Assembly: GCA_016699465.1 (NCBI GenBank)
Contig: CP064977.1
Span: forward strand, 204,993 to 268,992
Origin: Candidatus Campbellbacteria bacterium
GTDB taxonomy: Bacteria; Patescibacteriota; Minisyncoccia; Phycocordibacterales; EsbW-18
Length of the DNA stretch: 64,000 nt
Reading direction: 5' to 3'
Numbering within the stretch: the first letter of the stretch is position 1; each line of letters begins with the position of its first letter. This document shows positions 34,235 through 44,130 of this stretch, piece after piece. The position numbers and the translations under genes were made by a program. The notes under the pieces were generated by a model that ran no database searches, was not told the DNA's origin, and was given only the letters and a program-made list of their open reading frames with translations.

Positions 34235-36019
34235 TTAGTTGCCCTCGCGTCCTGCATCAAAGTACTCAGGAGTGTTCACGTGCATCCAATCAAATAGCTT
34301 TCGCATCACCGACGCTGAACCAACCAAGTTTGTTACTGGACCGTGTTCCATAACCATCACAAAGGCATATTTTGGAGATGCGTATGGCCAAAATCCTTCA
34401 ATCCACGAGTTCACGCGTTCTTTCGAAACACCGAGTTCTGCAGTTCCCGTCTTACCCGCAAATTCTGCATACGACACGTTGAGTGCTTTTGCGGTTCCTT
34501 CCAGGGCGCACCGACGCATTCCTTCACGCACAACAGTGAGCACCTCATTTGAAATAGGAATAGTGTCGACAGGTGTTGCTTCTGTATCGCTACGCAAGTG
34601 CGGAACAACACGCAAACCATCGTTGGCAATTGCCGCAACAGCACGAACCATCTGTAGTGGTGTCACTTGAAATCCATACTGACCAATGCTCGTGTTGTAC
34701 GTATCACCAAGTCGCCACGGATCATTAGGAAAATTCTTTTGTTTCCATTCAATACTTGGAATGAGCCCATCGACTTCACCTGAAATATCAATGCCTGTTT
34801 TTGAACCTATACCAAACATGCGTGTATACTTTCCAATATTTTCAATCCCCAATCCTTTTTGACCACCAAATCCCCCTCCAATGGTCATAAAATATACGTT
34901 TGAAGAAACCGCAATAGCTTGGCGCATATCAACCCATCCGTGTGCTTTCCAATCTTTAAATACCGTTGGCTTGTCAGGATTGTATGGATTAGGAACACGC
35001 AGTGCACCATCACTAAAAATTTGTTTTTCTGGAGAAATTATTTTTTCAGCAAGCGCCCCTACAGCAACGAATGGTTTAATAATTGAACCTGGGGTGTATC
35101 GTCCACTAATAGCTCGATTAAGAAATGGATTTTGTGTGTCAGCGTTATATGCCGCAATCGTTTTTCTGTCAGATCCATCAGACAAAACGTTTGGATCAAA
35201 TCCAGGAATACTCATAATTGCAATAATATCGCCATTCGTCACATCCATGATGACGCCGGCACCTCCAGAAAATCCTTTTTCATCCATCAAATCATGCGCA
35301 TAGTCATACAACGCTTTTTGTATACGACTATCAATCGTGAGATGTAGTGGCTCCCCATCTCGCGGTTTTGTAATAGTCGACTCAGCAACTCTATTTCCCA
35401 AGGCGTCACGTTCAATAATCGTACGCCCCTGTTCACCAGCAAGAAGTGTGTCGTACATCTCTTCAAGGCCCTCGACTCCAGTGATTGCATTTTGAATATA
35501 ATATCCGTTGGAATCCATTTTAGGATATCGAACGTAGCCAAGAATGTGTGATAGCCCTGGGTGTGGGTCGTATTTTCGAAACGAGAACGTCTCATCAAGT
35601 TCTGCGCTTGTTGTTGCGGTCGAAGTCCCCTGTTGAGATTCATTCCACGCAAGAACGTTGCCAATTCTGTCATAAATAGGCCCGCGTTGAGAGAAAATGA
35701 CTGTTTGTGCGAGTCGATTTGATTCAGCACGCGATGCGTACATATCACCAGATACGATTTGTAAAAAGAATACTCGCCCAACAATAAACACACCAAGAAA
35801 TACGAGAACCGAACTAAACAAAAAAAGTGCCCGTCGTGATATCGGTTTTTCAATTTTTCCTTCAAATTGATCCTTATTGAACTGAGGACTATTCCGTGCG
35901 TCTAAAAATATTTCATCGGGACTAATATCATAGACGGGAATACCTTTTTTACGACGAAAAAGCATCATAGCGAATATACCGACGAATAAAGAACACTCCA
36001 AAACATACCACGACGGCAA
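34235..36019 (-). CDS. mrdA: Penicillin-binding protein 2 (elongasome transpeptidase).
   Basis: SIIKP, SSN and KTGTAE motifs; adjacent to mreBCD. Confidence 0.8.
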   Translation of the reverse strand: MPSWYVLECSLFVGIFAMMLFRRKKGIPVYDISPDEIFLDARNSPQFNKDQFEGKIEKPISRRALFLFSSVLVFLGVFIVGRVFFLQIVSGDMYASRAESNRLAQTVIFSQRGPIYDRIGNVLAWNESQQGTSTATTSAELDETFSFRKYDPHPGLSHILGYVRYPKMDSNGYYIQNAITGVEGLEEMYDTLLAGEQGRTIIERDALGNRVAESTITKPRDGEPLHLTIDSRIQKALYDYAHDLMDEKGFSGGAGVIMDVTNGDIIAIMSIPGFDPNVLSDGSDRKTIAAYNADTQNPFLNRAISGRYTPGSIIKPFVAVGALAEKIISPEKQIFSDGALRVPNPYNPDKPTVFKDWKAHGWVDMRQAIAVSSNVYFMTIGGGFGGQKGLGIENIGKYTRMFGIGSKTGIDISGEVDGLIPSIEWKQKNFPNDPWRLGDTYNTSIGQYGFQVTPLQMVRAVAAIANDGLRVVPHLRSDTEATPVDTIPISNEVLTVVREGMRRCALEGTAKALNVSYAEFAGKTGTAELGVSKERVNSWIEGFWPYASPKYAFVMVMEHGPVTNLVGSASVMRKLFDWMHVNTPEYFDAGREGN

Positions 36020-36212
36020 GTGCTGTTACAAAGAACCGTATCCCAAAAAGTGTGTGTGTTGCGTAGAGTATGTCATACAACCCCGCAATAACGACCCCTT
36101 CAAAAAAGAGACGATACCGAAATGAAACAATTGCAGTTGCACCAACAAATACCCACCATGGAAACAGGAGTGCTATAAGAAAAATGCCAGCGACGAATGC
36201 AATACGGTCCAT
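35949..36212 (-). CDS. mreD: MreD-like membrane protein.
   Basis: 87-aa hydrophobic protein between mreC and mrdA. Confidence 0.5.
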   Translation of the reverse strand: MDRIAFVAGIFLIALLFPWWVFVGATAIVSFRYRLFFEGVVIAGLYDILYATHTLFGIRFFVTALAVVVCFGVFFIRRYIRYDAFSS

Positions 36213-36214
36213 AT

Positions 36215-37012
36215 CTATTCAAACGTTTTTTGAAAATGCACAACAACAGTTCGCAATTCAAAAATATTTTGTGGCATTACAACATCCAGTATGATAAATG
36301 CTTCAGCATCGCTCTGTGTTATTTTTTTTATAACACCAACGAGTTCACCACTGGAAAGGAGCACTTTATCATTTCGGGCAACGATGGTTTCTTTTGGAAT
36401 AGAAATCTCAAACACACCACCACCCTGCCCACGAGCAAGTACCAAAAAGTCATTCGTTCCAACACGAACTTCTTGCTCATACCCAGGAGACGAGAACAAT
36501 CGAACACGCGAGACATTTTTCGAAACGCTATCAACAACACCTAATGCAACCGTCTCATCAAAAGAGACCTTGTCCCCGACCGAAACACCTTGTTCAGAAC
36601 CCATGTTAATAAGTAGGGTGTCATAGAGAGAGAATGGGGGCATTTCAAGAATACGCGCACGAATAGATTGCGAACTCGATGCAGTACCCGCAGATGCGCC
36701 CATGTACTCCTGTCGAAGTGAATCATACAAATCCGCCTTTATCTTTGCACGAACAAGTTCTTCCGAAAGTTTTTTATTTTCTTCAACAAGTGCACTCCGT
36801 GATGAAAAACCTCCCAAAAAAGATTCTGCATTTGCTGAAACATTTTCACGTGCACTATGAAATGGAGACGCTATGAACAGCATCATGCGCGTCATGAATG
36901 ATGGCTGCACACTCACGATACCAATAAGCACAACACACGCCACCACGGAGACAACGAGTGACGTATTTGTTTTTCGTTTATATGGTCGGGGGAAGTGCAT
37001 GTTCTTCATCAA
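36215..37012 (-). CDS. mreC: Rod shape-determining protein MreC.
   Basis: N-terminal TM, a coiled coil and a beta-rich C-terminal domain; position after mreB. Confidence 0.7.
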   Translation of the reverse strand: MMKNMHFPRPYKRKTNTSLVVSVVACVVLIGIVSVQPSFMTRMMLFIASPFHSARENVSANAESFLGGFSSRSALVEENKKLSEELVRAKIKADLYDSLRQEYMGASAGTASSSQSIRARILEMPPFSLYDTLLINMGSEQGVSVGDKVSFDETVALGVVDSVSKNVSRVRLFSSPGYEQEVRVGTNDFLVLARGQGGGVFEISIPKETIVARNDKVLLSSGELVGVIKKITQSDAEAFIILDVVMPQNIFELRTVVVHFQKTFE

Positions 37013-38042
37013 TAATAATTTCTTTAAATCGAATTAAATCTTCAAGAACTACACCCGTACCTCGCGCAACTGAGGTGAGCGGATCATCAGCAACATACAC
37101 AGGAATTTTAAGCCATTCACACAAAAAGACATCGAACCCACGAATGAGCGCCCCGCCACCAACGAGATACATTCCTCGACGCATCACATCTGACAAAATT
37201 TCTGGAGGAGTCGTTTCAAGTACTTCTTTTATTGCCTCAACGAGCATGTCGATAGATGGCGCTATTGCCTCACGAACATCAGAATCGGTGACAATTACTT
37301 CTCGTGGTAATCCTGTTACCAAATCACGCCCGCGAACAGTCACTTCAATAGGGGTCAACCCTGGAATAATGGACCCAGCCTGAATTTTGAGATCCTCCGC
37401 GGTTCGTTCGCCAATAAGAATTTTAAATTCATCACGAATATACGATGCAATATCACTATTAAGTCGATCTCCTCCTATTTTTGTATTTTTTCCATTCACC
37501 ACACCATTGAGAGAGATGACGGTGATGTCAGTCGTTCCCCCACCAATATCAACAATCATACTTCCACTTGCATCTTCAACAGGAAGTCGAATGCCAATTG
37601 CCGCAGCCATCGGCTGTTCAACAATGTGCACCTCACGAGCACCGGCATTCAGCGCAGCATCTCGCACCGCACGACGTTCAACGTTTGTCGTACCATACGG
37701 AACACCAACAACAACTCGTGGTCCAAATAATTTTCTCTTTCCGTGTTGCGCACGACGAATAAGATGTGCGAGAAATTCTTCTGTAACTTCAAAATCAGAA
37801 ATAACGCCGTCAACAAGTGGACGTACCGCACTAATGTGCTCAGGAGTTCGGCCAAGCATTCGCTTTGCTTCCATTCCAACAGCAACGACTTGTCCTGTTT
37901 TTTGATTCACTGCAACAACGGTTGGTTCGTTAATAATAATCCCTTTACCACGAACATACACAAGTGTATTTGCGGTTCCAAGATCAATACCGATATCATC
38001 GGACATAAGACTACCAAACTGTTTTTTCAGTTTTTCCCACAT
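36978..38042 (-). CDS. mreB: Actin-like rod shape protein MreB.
   Basis: DIGIDLGTANTLVYV start and an actin-fold ATPase. Confidence 0.9.
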   Translation of the reverse strand: MWEKLKKQFGSLMSDDIGIDLGTANTLVYVRGKGIIINEPTVVAVNQKTGQVVAVGMEAKRMLGRTPEHISAVRPLVDGVISDFEVTEEFLAHLIRRAQHGKRKLFGPRVVVGVPYGTTNVERRAVRDAALNAGAREVHIVEQPMAAAIGIRLPVEDASGSMIVDIGGGTTDITVISLNGVVNGKNTKIGGDRLNSDIASYIRDEFKILIGERTAEDLKIQAGSIIPGLTPIEVTVRGRDLVTGLPREVIVTDSDVREAIAPSIDMLVEAIKEVLETTPPEILSDVMRRGMYLVGGGALIRGFDVFLCEWLKIPVYVADDPLTSVARGTGVVLEDLIRFKEIIIDEEHALPPTI

Positions 38043-38208
38043 ATGATGTACACGTAGTATATACGCGCATCCCTCTTGTTCAAAATGAATCCTGTTGAAG
38101 AATCACCACAAACAGAACTAGACCACGTACCTATAGAACAATCAAACAACACCGCACACTCGTATGTTGTTCTACAAAAAATAAGTGTTCAAAAACCTCT
38201 CCTGTCAA

Positions 38209-39462
38209 CTAGACCAAAAGTGAACATATCTCCGAGGCGTTAACCACACGAGCATCTGCTTCAGTGCGCCCCTTCATTTCAACCGTATTGTTATGCATGT
38301 GTTTTTCTGAAATCACAAGGCGCATTGGAATACCAATAAGATCAGCGTCTGCAAATTTTGCACCCGCAGTCAAAGGTCGATCATCATAGAGAACCTCATA
38401 TCCCGCTTGTTCTATATCTGTAGTTATTTTTTCAGCATACGCGTGAACATCAGCACCTTCTTTACTTTCAAGAACGATAACGTGCACATCAAATGGTGCG
38501 ACACTCTTTGGCCACACAAGCCCCTTATCATCTCCATAGACTTCCGCAATAACTCCCATTGTTCGCGTCGGACCAATACCATAACTTCCCATGACCACAC
38601 TTTTTTGTACTCCACTTGCATCCAAGTATGACAAACCTAGCGCGTCAGAAAAACGCGTACCGAGTGAAAAAATATTTCCCACTTCAACGGCTGGTTTTTC
38701 AATAAGATCGTCGCGTACAATACCCAAATCATTCAACACCTCATCAGTGAGTACCTCTTTATTCACGGCAATACCTTTTTGTTCATGGACGTAAATCGTA
38801 TCTTCTCCAGAATCACACAGTGTTTGAAATTCGTGCGAATATTTTGAGAACATACCACCTGACGCAAACGTCATGTACGTTCTCTCGCCCAAACCAACGC
38901 GTGCAAACACATTTGTATATGCCTGCTGTGCCTGTGCGTAAAATGCATCTTGTTCTTCTTGTGTTTTACAAAATGAGTACAAATCTTTCATGAGAAACTC
39001 ACGCCCACGCAACACACCACTTTTTGCACGAACTTCATTTCTATACTTTGTTTGAATCTGATATACCGATTTTGGCAAATCTTTATACGAAGAAATGTGG
39101 TTCTTCATAAGATTCGTGATTGGTTCTTCATGGGTAAAGCCAAGTCCAAGTTCCCCACCATTTCCCAGTTGTGTTTTAAACCAAATATCTTTCGCATCCC
39201 CTTCCCAGCGATCTGTCTTTTTCCACATGTCAGGATCTTGTAGTGCAGACATGTGTACCTCCTGCCCACCAATTGCATTCATTTCCTCTCGAATAATCGC
39301 ATTGATTTTATTAACGACTCGTAAACCTAATGGTAACAAGGAATATACACCCGCCATTTCTTTATGCACAAATCCTGCACGAATAAGCAACTGTGCGTTT
39401 TTTGACACTTCATCACTTGGTACTTCTTTGCGAGTTTTTGTAAAAAGCTGTGACTGTTTCAT
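38209..39462 (-). CDS. proS: Prolyl-tRNA synthetase (short form without an editing domain).
   Basis: Class II aaRS, ProRS-like; 417 aa. Confidence 0.75.
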   Translation of the reverse strand: MKQSQLFTKTRKEVPSDEVSKNAQLLIRAGFVHKEMAGVYSLLPLGLRVVNKINAIIREEMNAIGGQEVHMSALQDPDMWKKTDRWEGDAKDIWFKTQLGNGGELGLGFTHEEPITNLMKNHISSYKDLPKSVYQIQTKYRNEVRAKSGVLRGREFLMKDLYSFCKTQEEQDAFYAQAQQAYTNVFARVGLGERTYMTFASGGMFSKYSHEFQTLCDSGEDTIYVHEQKGIAVNKEVLTDEVLNDLGIVRDDLIEKPAVEVGNIFSLGTRFSDALGLSYLDASGVQKSVVMGSYGIGPTRTMGVIAEVYGDDKGLVWPKSVAPFDVHVIVLESKEGADVHAYAEKITTDIEQAGYEVLYDDRPLTAGAKFADADLIGIPMRLVISEKHMHNNTVEMKGRTEADARVVNASEICSLLV

Positions 39463-39529
39463 ATACGAGAATTGTACGTGGTTAAAACATTTTCAACAAG
39501 ATATCTCTTCCACCCCACGTATGTATTCC

Positions 39530-40639
39530 TTACCCGAAGAGTTTTACAACATCATGAATAGTTACTATCACCATGAGAAGTAGGAGGAGGCCAAAACCTA
39601 CAAAATTGAATGTATTTGCAACAACGGGTTTTATTGGCGAACGTTTAATGGTCTCAATCAAAACAAATAAAATTCGCCCACCATCAAGTGCGGGAAACGG
39701 AACCATATTGATAACCGCCAAGTTGAGAGAGAGCATTGCGGCAAAAGAAAGAAGAGTAACAAGCCCCATACGTGCAGCATCTCCTGCAAGACCCACAATA
39801 CCAACGGGCCCAACCACTTGTGAAAAATCTGCCGCACCTGTCACTGTTTGATATAGAAAATTCCACAACCCAACAGCAATATTTTGTATAGCATAGTATG
39901 TCGTTTTTGCACCTTCAATAACAGCAGACCATACAGGCAACTTCACGAGGGCAATGTAATCAAGAACTACACCCATAACCCCCCTTGTCTCTTGGCCTGT
40001 GGTTTGTATGTTTGGAATAACAGTTGTTGTTTCCAATTTTTTTTCTCGTGTGTAGGCAACAGTAATCGTTTCACCACCATGCTGTGCAATAAATGACTGT
40101 ACCTTTTCAATAGAGAGTGGACTCATCACTGTATCCTTTTCACCTTTTAAGGAAACGAGTGCATCACCTGGGAGAAAGCCAGCGGTCTGCGCTGGACTCC
40201 CTGCCTCAATATGAACAAGAACTACAGATGGTTCACCCACAACTCCTTTTGTTTGCTCCGTGACCGACATGGGAAAACCGAGTGTGATACCTATAGAGAT
40301 AAGTCCCCACGCAAGAAGAACATTGAATAACACACCGGCAATCAATACCCAGACCTTTGCATACCACGGCTTCACATCAAGCGTACGAAGTTTTTCCTCT
40401 GGGGATAATTCAGAAATATCCTCATCTTCTTTAAAAATTTTTACAAACCCTCCAAATGGAATCCAATTGATTGAATAGAGCGTTTCACTTCCTTCTGGAC
40501 GCCAACTGTACAATCGTGGAGGAAAACCAATACCAAATTCATCTACACGAACGCCAATAGATTTTGCAGCAAGAAAATGCCCAACCTCATGGGCAAGTAT
40601 AAGTACCGCTAAAACAATAACAAAAAGTACAACTGTCAT
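39530..40639 (-). CDS. rseP: RIP zinc metalloprotease (site-2 protease).
   Basis: HEVGHFLAAK (HExxH), a PDZ domain and an LDGG motif. Confidence 0.8.
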   Translation of the reverse strand: MTVVLFVIVLAVLILAHEVGHFLAAKSIGVRVDEFGIGFPPRLYSWRPEGSETLYSINWIPFGGFVKIFKEDEDISELSPEEKLRTLDVKPWYAKVWVLIAGVLFNVLLAWGLISIGITLGFPMSVTEQTKGVVGEPSVVLVHIEAGSPAQTAGFLPGDALVSLKGEKDTVMSPLSIEKVQSFIAQHGGETITVAYTREKKLETTTVIPNIQTTGQETRGVMGVVLDYIALVKLPVWSAVIEGAKTTYYAIQNIAVGLWNFLYQTVTGAADFSQVVGPVGIVGLAGDAARMGLVTLLSFAAMLSLNLAVINMVPFPALDGGRILFVLIETIKRSPIKPVVANTFNFVGFGLLLLLMVIVTIHDVVKLFG

Positions 40640-40641
40640 GG

Positions 40642-41214
40642 TTAGGATCGAATATTTTCTTCCTTCTGTCGCGCTAATTCTTCGAGTTTTTCATTTGCCT
40701 CCTTAATGAGTTTTTCCATCTCTTCCTTTGCACGAAACTTTTCATCTTCCCCTATTGCCCCACCTTTTTCTTTTGTTTGAATATCATTCCACACTTCGTC
40801 TCGCACTCCTCGAATAGAGATACGCGCCTCTTCCATCTTTTTTCCAACAAGTTTTACATACTTTTCTCGTGTTTCTGTTGTAAGATCAGGAAAAGAAACA
40901 CGAATACCCTTATCGTCGGTAGCAACAGACACACCGAGATTCGCCTCACGAAGCGCCTTATCAATTGCACCCAACACAGACGAATCCCATGGGGCGATAC
41001 GTATTGTCCGCGCATCTTCGACTGACATATTTGCAAGTTGTGTAATCGGCATAAAACTTCCATACGCAGAAGCACGCACGGTATCAAGAAGCGCAACACT
41101 TGCCCGTCCCGTATGAATCGCAGAAAGTTCCTTGGAAAGCCACTCTTGAATTTCCGCCGTTTTCTTTTTTAAATCACTAAAGTTATATGCCATAGGTAGT
41201 CCAGTATAACACAA
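40642..41214 (-). CDS. frr: Ribosome recycling factor.
   Basis: 185-190 aa with RRF family conservation. Confidence 0.85.
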   Translation of the reverse strand: MCYTGLPMAYNFSDLKKKTAEIQEWLSKELSAIHTGRASVALLDTVRASAYGSFMPITQLANMSVEDARTIRIAPWDSSVLGAIDKALREANLGVSVATDDKGIRVSFPDLTTETREKYVKLVGKKMEEARISIRGVRDEVWNDIQTKEKGGAIGEDEKFRAKEEMEKLIKEANEKLEELARQKEENIRS

Positions 41215-41220
41215 AGAACC

Positions 41221-41502
41221 CTACTTCAGAGTGCCTTCTTTTTTAAGCAAGGCTTTCTTTTTCGCACTTCCCCAAGCAAAACCACCAATACCTCCATCAC
41301 TCCGAATAACTCGATGGCAAGGCACTTTTGAACTCCTGTTTTTATTCAGAATATTGCCAACGGCACGGTACGCACGAGGACTTCCAGCCAGACGAGCAAC
41401 TTCTTTGTATGTTCGCGTCTGCCCTTTAGGAATTCGTGAGACAACCGCGTACACAGCCTGAGCAAATGTTTTAGAAGAGTGTATCTTTTTCTTTTGGAGC
41501 AT
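41221..41502 (-). CDS. ogt: Methylated-DNA-protein-cysteine methyltransferase (catalytic domain only).
   Basis: Active-site PCHRVI motif. Confidence 0.75.
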   Translation of the reverse strand: MLQKKKIHSSKTFAQAVYAVVSRIPKGQTRTYKEVARLAGSPRAYRAVGNILNKNRSSKVPCHRVIRSDGGIGGFAWGSAKKKALLKKEGTLK

Positions 41503-42277
41503 CTTCTTTTTTTCGTTGTGCTAGTACCACATTTCGGATTGCCGTTCCAGCACTATCACGATACGGACAATATTCGCATCGTTCCCCTGTCTCAGGAAGT
41601 GCGTCGCCTATAAGTGTTTTTCGTGCACTCACAAGAATACCATCAATCCACGATACGTCTCCATCATAGGGAATCACATCAACATCAAATTCAAGTTTTG
41701 CATCAAACGCTTCAACATCTTTTTTTCCGTTTACATATACAAAATACCCTCTCGTTGAAACCTTGAATCCATTGTTTCGCAACAACCACTGGTACACCTC
41801 CATCTGTCTCTTGTATCCTTGTTGCCAAATACCATCGAGATTTGGTTTTTCCGCTTTACTTGTTGCTTTATAGTCAACCACATGAAGCTCGCCTTGTGGA
41901 TTAACCCACACATCATCAACTGCCCCCGTAACTAAAAAATTACTTTCTGGGTGTACGTACTGCACGCCTTTAAAGTTTTCACGCCAAACATCCAAATCTT
42001 TGTGTTCAAATGGAATTGCATCAACTCCGTATGTCGTCATAAGTGGATGTGGTTCTCCTTTTGCACGATGTACATCAAATTCTTTTTTGAGAAGATGGTC
42101 AACAGCAACGTTGAGTGTAAATCCGGGCATTGAAGGGCGTGATACACCAAGTCGACGGTCCAAATAAAAACAACGTGGACACTCATGAAAGAGATCTATT
42201 TTTGAACGAGAAAGTTTAAACGGTTCAGGAGATTGTGGATCAAATAATTTTGCTTTGTAGGTTTTTGTAAATGTCAT
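41471..42277 (-). CDS. PD-(D/E)xK nuclease with terminal cysteine pairs (Cas4/RecB-like fold).
   Basis: Motif GELHVVDYKATS (D..D/E-x-K). N-terminal HECPRC and C-terminal CEYCPY suggest an Fe-S or Zn cluster. The start is set at MTFTKTYKA; the track ORF has a GC-rich N-extension that is probably noncoding. Confidence 0.55.
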   Translation of the reverse strand: MTFTKTYKAKLFDPQSPEPFKLSRSKIDLFHECPRCFYLDRRLGVSRPSMPGFTLNVAVDHLLKKEFDVHRAKGEPHPLMTTYGVDAIPFEHKDLDVWRENFKGVQYVHPESNFLVTGAVDDVWVNPQGELHVVDYKATSKAEKPNLDGIWQQGYKRQMEVYQWLLRNNGFKVSTRGYFVYVNGKKDVEAFDAKLEFDVDVIPYDGDVSWIDGILVSARKTLIGDALPETGERCEYCPYRDSAGTAIRNVVLAQRKKEDAPKEKDTLF

Positions 42278-42311
42278 AGTAAGAATTGTAGCACAAAAGA
42301 AAAAGGGCCCG

Positions 42312-42677
42312 TCACGTGGACGAGCCCTCACCGAGGCGACGCTTCGCCTCGGTGAAACCCTTTCGGATGGCGTGGATGTCAACAGCCCCCCACTGCTCAT
42401 CCTTAGGAATCGGAAGCGACACGGGGCGGCACCGCGTGCGCTTCGCACACCTCTTTTTCGAGGAGCGCTTTCTTCGTGGGAAGTCCGGTTCTACCGGACT
42501 CTCCGTGAGCTCCCAGTCTTCGCGGGGTCGACAACAGAGCAAACACTTATTGCCTCGCCGTGGCTCTGGGGCAAACTCATCCCAGAGACACTGCGAACAG
42601 TGCCCCTTCCCTACGAACTCTGGCCTCCGAATGAGGTCCTTGTTCGTGATTGTCGCCCCACACCCACGCATCTTCAT
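42312..42677 (-). CDS. GC-rich Cys-rich basic small protein (putative zinc ribbon).
   Basis: CSQC...CLLCC cysteine pairs and a basic tail RRKRSSKKRCAKRTRCR. RBS aaggaagg precedes the ATG at 42677. About 60% GC. Confidence 0.35.
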   Translation of the reverse strand: MKMRGCGATITNKDLIRRPEFVGKGHCSQCLWDEFAPEPRRGNKCLLCCRPREDWELTESPVEPDFPRRKRSSKKRCAKRTRCRPVSLPIPKDEQWGAVDIHAIRKGFTEAKRRLGEGSST

Positions 42678-42790
42678 GTGTGTACCTTCCTTTCTGGTCA
42701 CAAAGACCTTTTCTACTTTAAAAGATAACAGAAAACAGCACAAATGTCAAGCATGCCATCGCAATGTATTCGCCCTAAAGATATCTACAC

Positions 42791-43252
42791 TTATTTTGTA
42801 TCGCCTGTTTGTGGACCTATATGTGTCACCTCTTTTTCAAGAAACCAAAAGACTGTAAACGTGAGAAGTGTGAGAAGTGTTGTGTAAAAAGCAATAATGT
42901 ACAACTGAAAACCAACAGCAACACCAATACCTGAGGCAACCCACAACCCAGCTGCGGTCGTAAGACCAACGAGCGTCTGATCACGAAGAATGATGACACC
43001 CGCTCCCAAAAAACCAACACCTGTGATGAGCCCCGCAATCACACGAGTAAGATCTGCACTTGAAATACCAAGCGTCTCTTTGAGTGCAAGAACAACAACA
43101 ATAAATAAACATGATCCCATTGATACGAGTCCGTACGTTCGCAAGCCAGCTGTCTTATGTGCAAGTGTTCGCTCTGTTCCAATAAGCATGCCGAGTACAA
43201 GTGCCACCAAGAGTTGGCCAAAAAAAGTTCCTCCAAACGCAATAATATCCAT
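42791..43252 (-). CDS. MgtC/SapB family membrane protein.
   Basis: N-terminus LIGTERTLAHKTAGLRTY and family-like TM topology. Confidence 0.75.
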   Translation of the reverse strand: MDIIAFGGTFFGQLLVALVLGMLIGTERTLAHKTAGLRTYGLVSMGSCLFIVVVLALKETLGISSADLTRVIAGLITGVGFLGAGVIILRDQTLVGLTTAAGLWVASGIGVAVGFQLYIIAFYTTLLTLLTFTVFWFLEKEVTHIGPQTGDTK

Positions 43253-43272
43253 ATGCAGTTTTTATATAATTA

Positions 43273-44103
43273 TTAAAGAGTACACAGCTGATGCGCCTCA
43301 CTCAACACGGTGTCAACTTTTTTTCCAGTAATGCCGGCGGTCTCTAAAATATTTGGATTATCAACAATATTTTTGCACAACACGATGTTTTGCTGATACA
43401 GCGCATCTTTTTCTTTTTTCGACAGTGACGTTAAACATGAAAGTGGGTGCAATCTCGTTTCTTCGATAAGATCTTGCACATTTCCTGTATGTGGATATCC
43501 CCACCCAATCAGGGTAATGCCTACACACTTTCCATGTGCAATAGCATTGTCAGTAAATTTTGTGTTGGTGACAAGCCACTGATGACACAGGCCACCAGGA
43601 GGACACAAGCCGTCATAGTTCCCTGCCTGCAAATCAAGCATGCGTGCATAAATGTAGAGCGATACTTTTACGTCCGTCTTAAATCCCTGTGCATTATGAA
43701 ATTTTGCTTCAACAAGAATGAGCTCTTTTTCTTTTTTGGCAATAACGTCAATTTCGTGTGATACACACTTCCCTTGCATCGTTGCTCCAACACGAACATC
43801 GTACCCTTTCTTTTTAAAGACCTCGCCAAGCAATTGTTCAAATGGATACCCAGACGGACCAAGCTCCAACACTGCCCGACGCAACGAATATCGCGCCGCA
43901 ATGGGGTGTAGTGTCTGTTTTTGAAGAAGCTTGAGTGCGTGAGTATAAATATGTGATGTTGTCATCCCCTCATGTAACTCTTTTTCAACGTGCGTAATAA
44001 TGTCCGCGGTAACATCATCTGATGCTCCTGCGTTTTTGAGAGAACGGGCAAGTTTTCCCGGAGAAAATTCCTCAAGAGTTCCGTCTAATTTGGAAATAAG
44101 CAT
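43273..44103 (-). CDS. ATP-cone domain fused to an Mrr-like restriction endonuclease domain (PD-(D/E)xK).
   Basis: N-terminal ATP-cone (MLISKLDGTLEEFSPGKLARSL...). Central GYDVRVGATMQGKCVSHEIDVIAKKEKELILVEAKFH is Mrr_cat-like. Confidence 0.6.
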   Translation of the reverse strand: MLISKLDGTLEEFSPGKLARSLKNAGASDDVTADIITHVEKELHEGMTTSHIYTHALKLLQKQTLHPIAARYSLRRAVLELGPSGYPFEQLLGEVFKKKGYDVRVGATMQGKCVSHEIDVIAKKEKELILVEAKFHNAQGFKTDVKVSLYIYARMLDLQAGNYDGLCPPGGLCHQWLVTNTKFTDNAIAHGKCVGITLIGWGYPHTGNVQDLIEETRLHPLSCLTSLSKKEKDALYQQNIVLCKNIVDNPNILETAGITGKKVDTVLSEAHQLCTL

Positions 44104-44130
44104 GCCCCAAGTATATCGTGAGAAAGAACG

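Noticed and set aside
42278-42448. N-terminal extension of the Cas4-like ORF (MRSARGAAPCRFRF...) reported by the ORF track.
   Set aside because: The extension lies in the GC-rich insert, has an Arg/Ala/Pro-rich composition typical of spurious GC-rich reading, and has no RBS. The internal start MTFTKTYKA begins the conserved region.
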